A stretch of 64,000 bases of DNA from Candidatus Peribacteria bacterium (GTDB lineage: Bacteria; Patescibacteriota; Gracilibacteria; UBA1369; LOWO2-01-FULL-3), in assembly GCA_943357285.1 (NCBI GenBank), contig CALRGJ010000006.1, positions 10,428-74,427 on the forward strand, in the 5' to 3' direction. Below, piece by piece: positions 63,393 through 64,000 of this stretch (position 1 is its first letter; each line of letters begins with the position of its first letter). The notes beneath the pieces are model-generated. The model was not told the DNA's origin, did no database searches, and saw nothing but the letters and a program-made list of their open reading frames with translations. The translations under genes and the position numbers were made by a program.

Positions 63393-64000
63393 CTAGGCTT
63401 TTAAAGGAAGGAATTTTGTACCAACAGTTTCTCCATTACAAATTCTCGTAATAACATTCTCCTCTTTGCTATTTGTAATAAATACAGTTGTACCATTCTT
63501 CGCAGCCATTTGAGCTACAGTAAATTTATTCTGCATTCCACCTTTTCCGAAAGAAGATTTTTCACTAGAAACAATACTGCGTGGCATCATTTCATCAGCC
63601 GCGACTTCTGAAATTACTTTTTTCTCCGAATCATACACTCCATCTACATTACTCAATATTATCAAAGTATCAGCAAATATCATTTTAGAAACCATCAGCG
63701 CCAATTCATCATTATCCGTAAACATCAGCTCTTCGATACACACGAAATCATTTTCATTCATTACCGGAATAATTTCTTCATGAAATAGGGAATCTATACA
63801 ATTCTTCGTATTAAGAATATGACTACGATTTGTGAAGTCTTCTTTTGTCGCAAGCATCTGCGCTACCACGCGTCCGTGTTCTCCAAAAAGATTTGCATAA
63901 AGTTCCATCAATCTCACTTGTCCCACTACTGCATAAACCTGGCGAGTAGTGACTTCATCGTAATCTAGTTTTTTCTTGATAATGCTACGCCCACAACCCA
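63393..64000 (-). CDS. proB: glutamate 5-kinase, 3' portion (N-terminus lies beyond the window end)
   Basis: The frame stays open to 64000 (...GCGRSIIKKKLDYDEVTTRQVYAVVGQVRLMELY...IPVMNENDFV...FTDNDELA...NVDGVYD). The internal GTG at 63926 used by the ORF track is not the real start. Confidence 0.9.
   Translation of the reverse strand, partial: GCGRSIIKKKLDYDEVTTRQVYAVVGQVRLMELYANLFGEHGRVVAQMLATKEDFTNRSHILNTKNCIDSLFHEEIIPVMNENDFVCIEELMFTDNDELALMVSKMIFADTLIILSNVDGVYDSEKKVISEVAADEMMPRSIVSSEKSSFGKGGMQNKFTVAQMAAKNGTTVFITNSKEENVITRICNGETVGTKFLPLKA

Noticed and set aside
1-64000. Alternative genetic code (UGA recoding as in some candidate phyla)
   Set aside because: Conserved proteins (leuS, pnp, gshF, purA) are full length under the standard code and stop at TGA/TAA/TAG where expected.

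Overview
AT-rich (about one-third G+C by eye), very compact bacterial chromosome fragment. It holds about 60 protein genes and one tRNA-Gly(GCC). I see no rRNA, no CRISPR array and no recognisable IS element or prophage. The standard genetic code fits, because the long ORFs are uninterrupted. Native genes have short A/T-rich leaders and mostly no Shine-Dalgarno (SD) sequence. Convergent gene pairs often abut or overlap. Housekeeping genes recognised from conserved motifs: malic enzyme, purA, leuS, rpsO-pnp, a cold-shock protein, mnmA, mutM, a grx-gshF pair, ispG, dcd-thyA-folA, bcp, a DsbA-like protein, xth, an M29 aminopeptidase, proB-proC-proA and two aminotransferases. The lineage cannot be fixed from sequence alone. 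SD-less genes, DUF4012, SLH anchors and giant surface proteins suggest an uncultured CPR/Peregrinibacteria-like bacterium, but that is a guess. Five things deserve a second look. (1) An ECF sigma factor is translationally coupled to a 1839-aa membrane-anchored alpha-2-macroglobulin-like protein. That protein lacks the CxEQ thioester and carries a 129-aa Hint/bacterial-intein-like domain with a non-nucleophilic +1 Glu, at what I infer to be the bait-region position. (2) A four-gene surface-structure cluster (33.8-39.9 kb) has an architecture like the csc/WxL cell-surface-complex clusters of Firmicutes. (3) An ~0.8 kb island of about 65-70% G+C (58.47-59.29 kb) is bounded by imperfect inverted repeats of a motif that occurs three times. 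It carries two paralogous Arg-rich mini-ORFs with a CX2CX3HX8-9H motif and strong SD sequences. (4) A GC-rich, SD-bearing M23-peptidase/SLH/Cys-rich lipoprotein gene looks horizontally acquired. (5) Cyclic-nucleotide signalling parts are scattered through the window: a CHASE2 cyclase, a stand-alone cNMP-binding protein coupled to DUF3307, and YajQ. All family names come from motif recognition by eye; no database search was possible.
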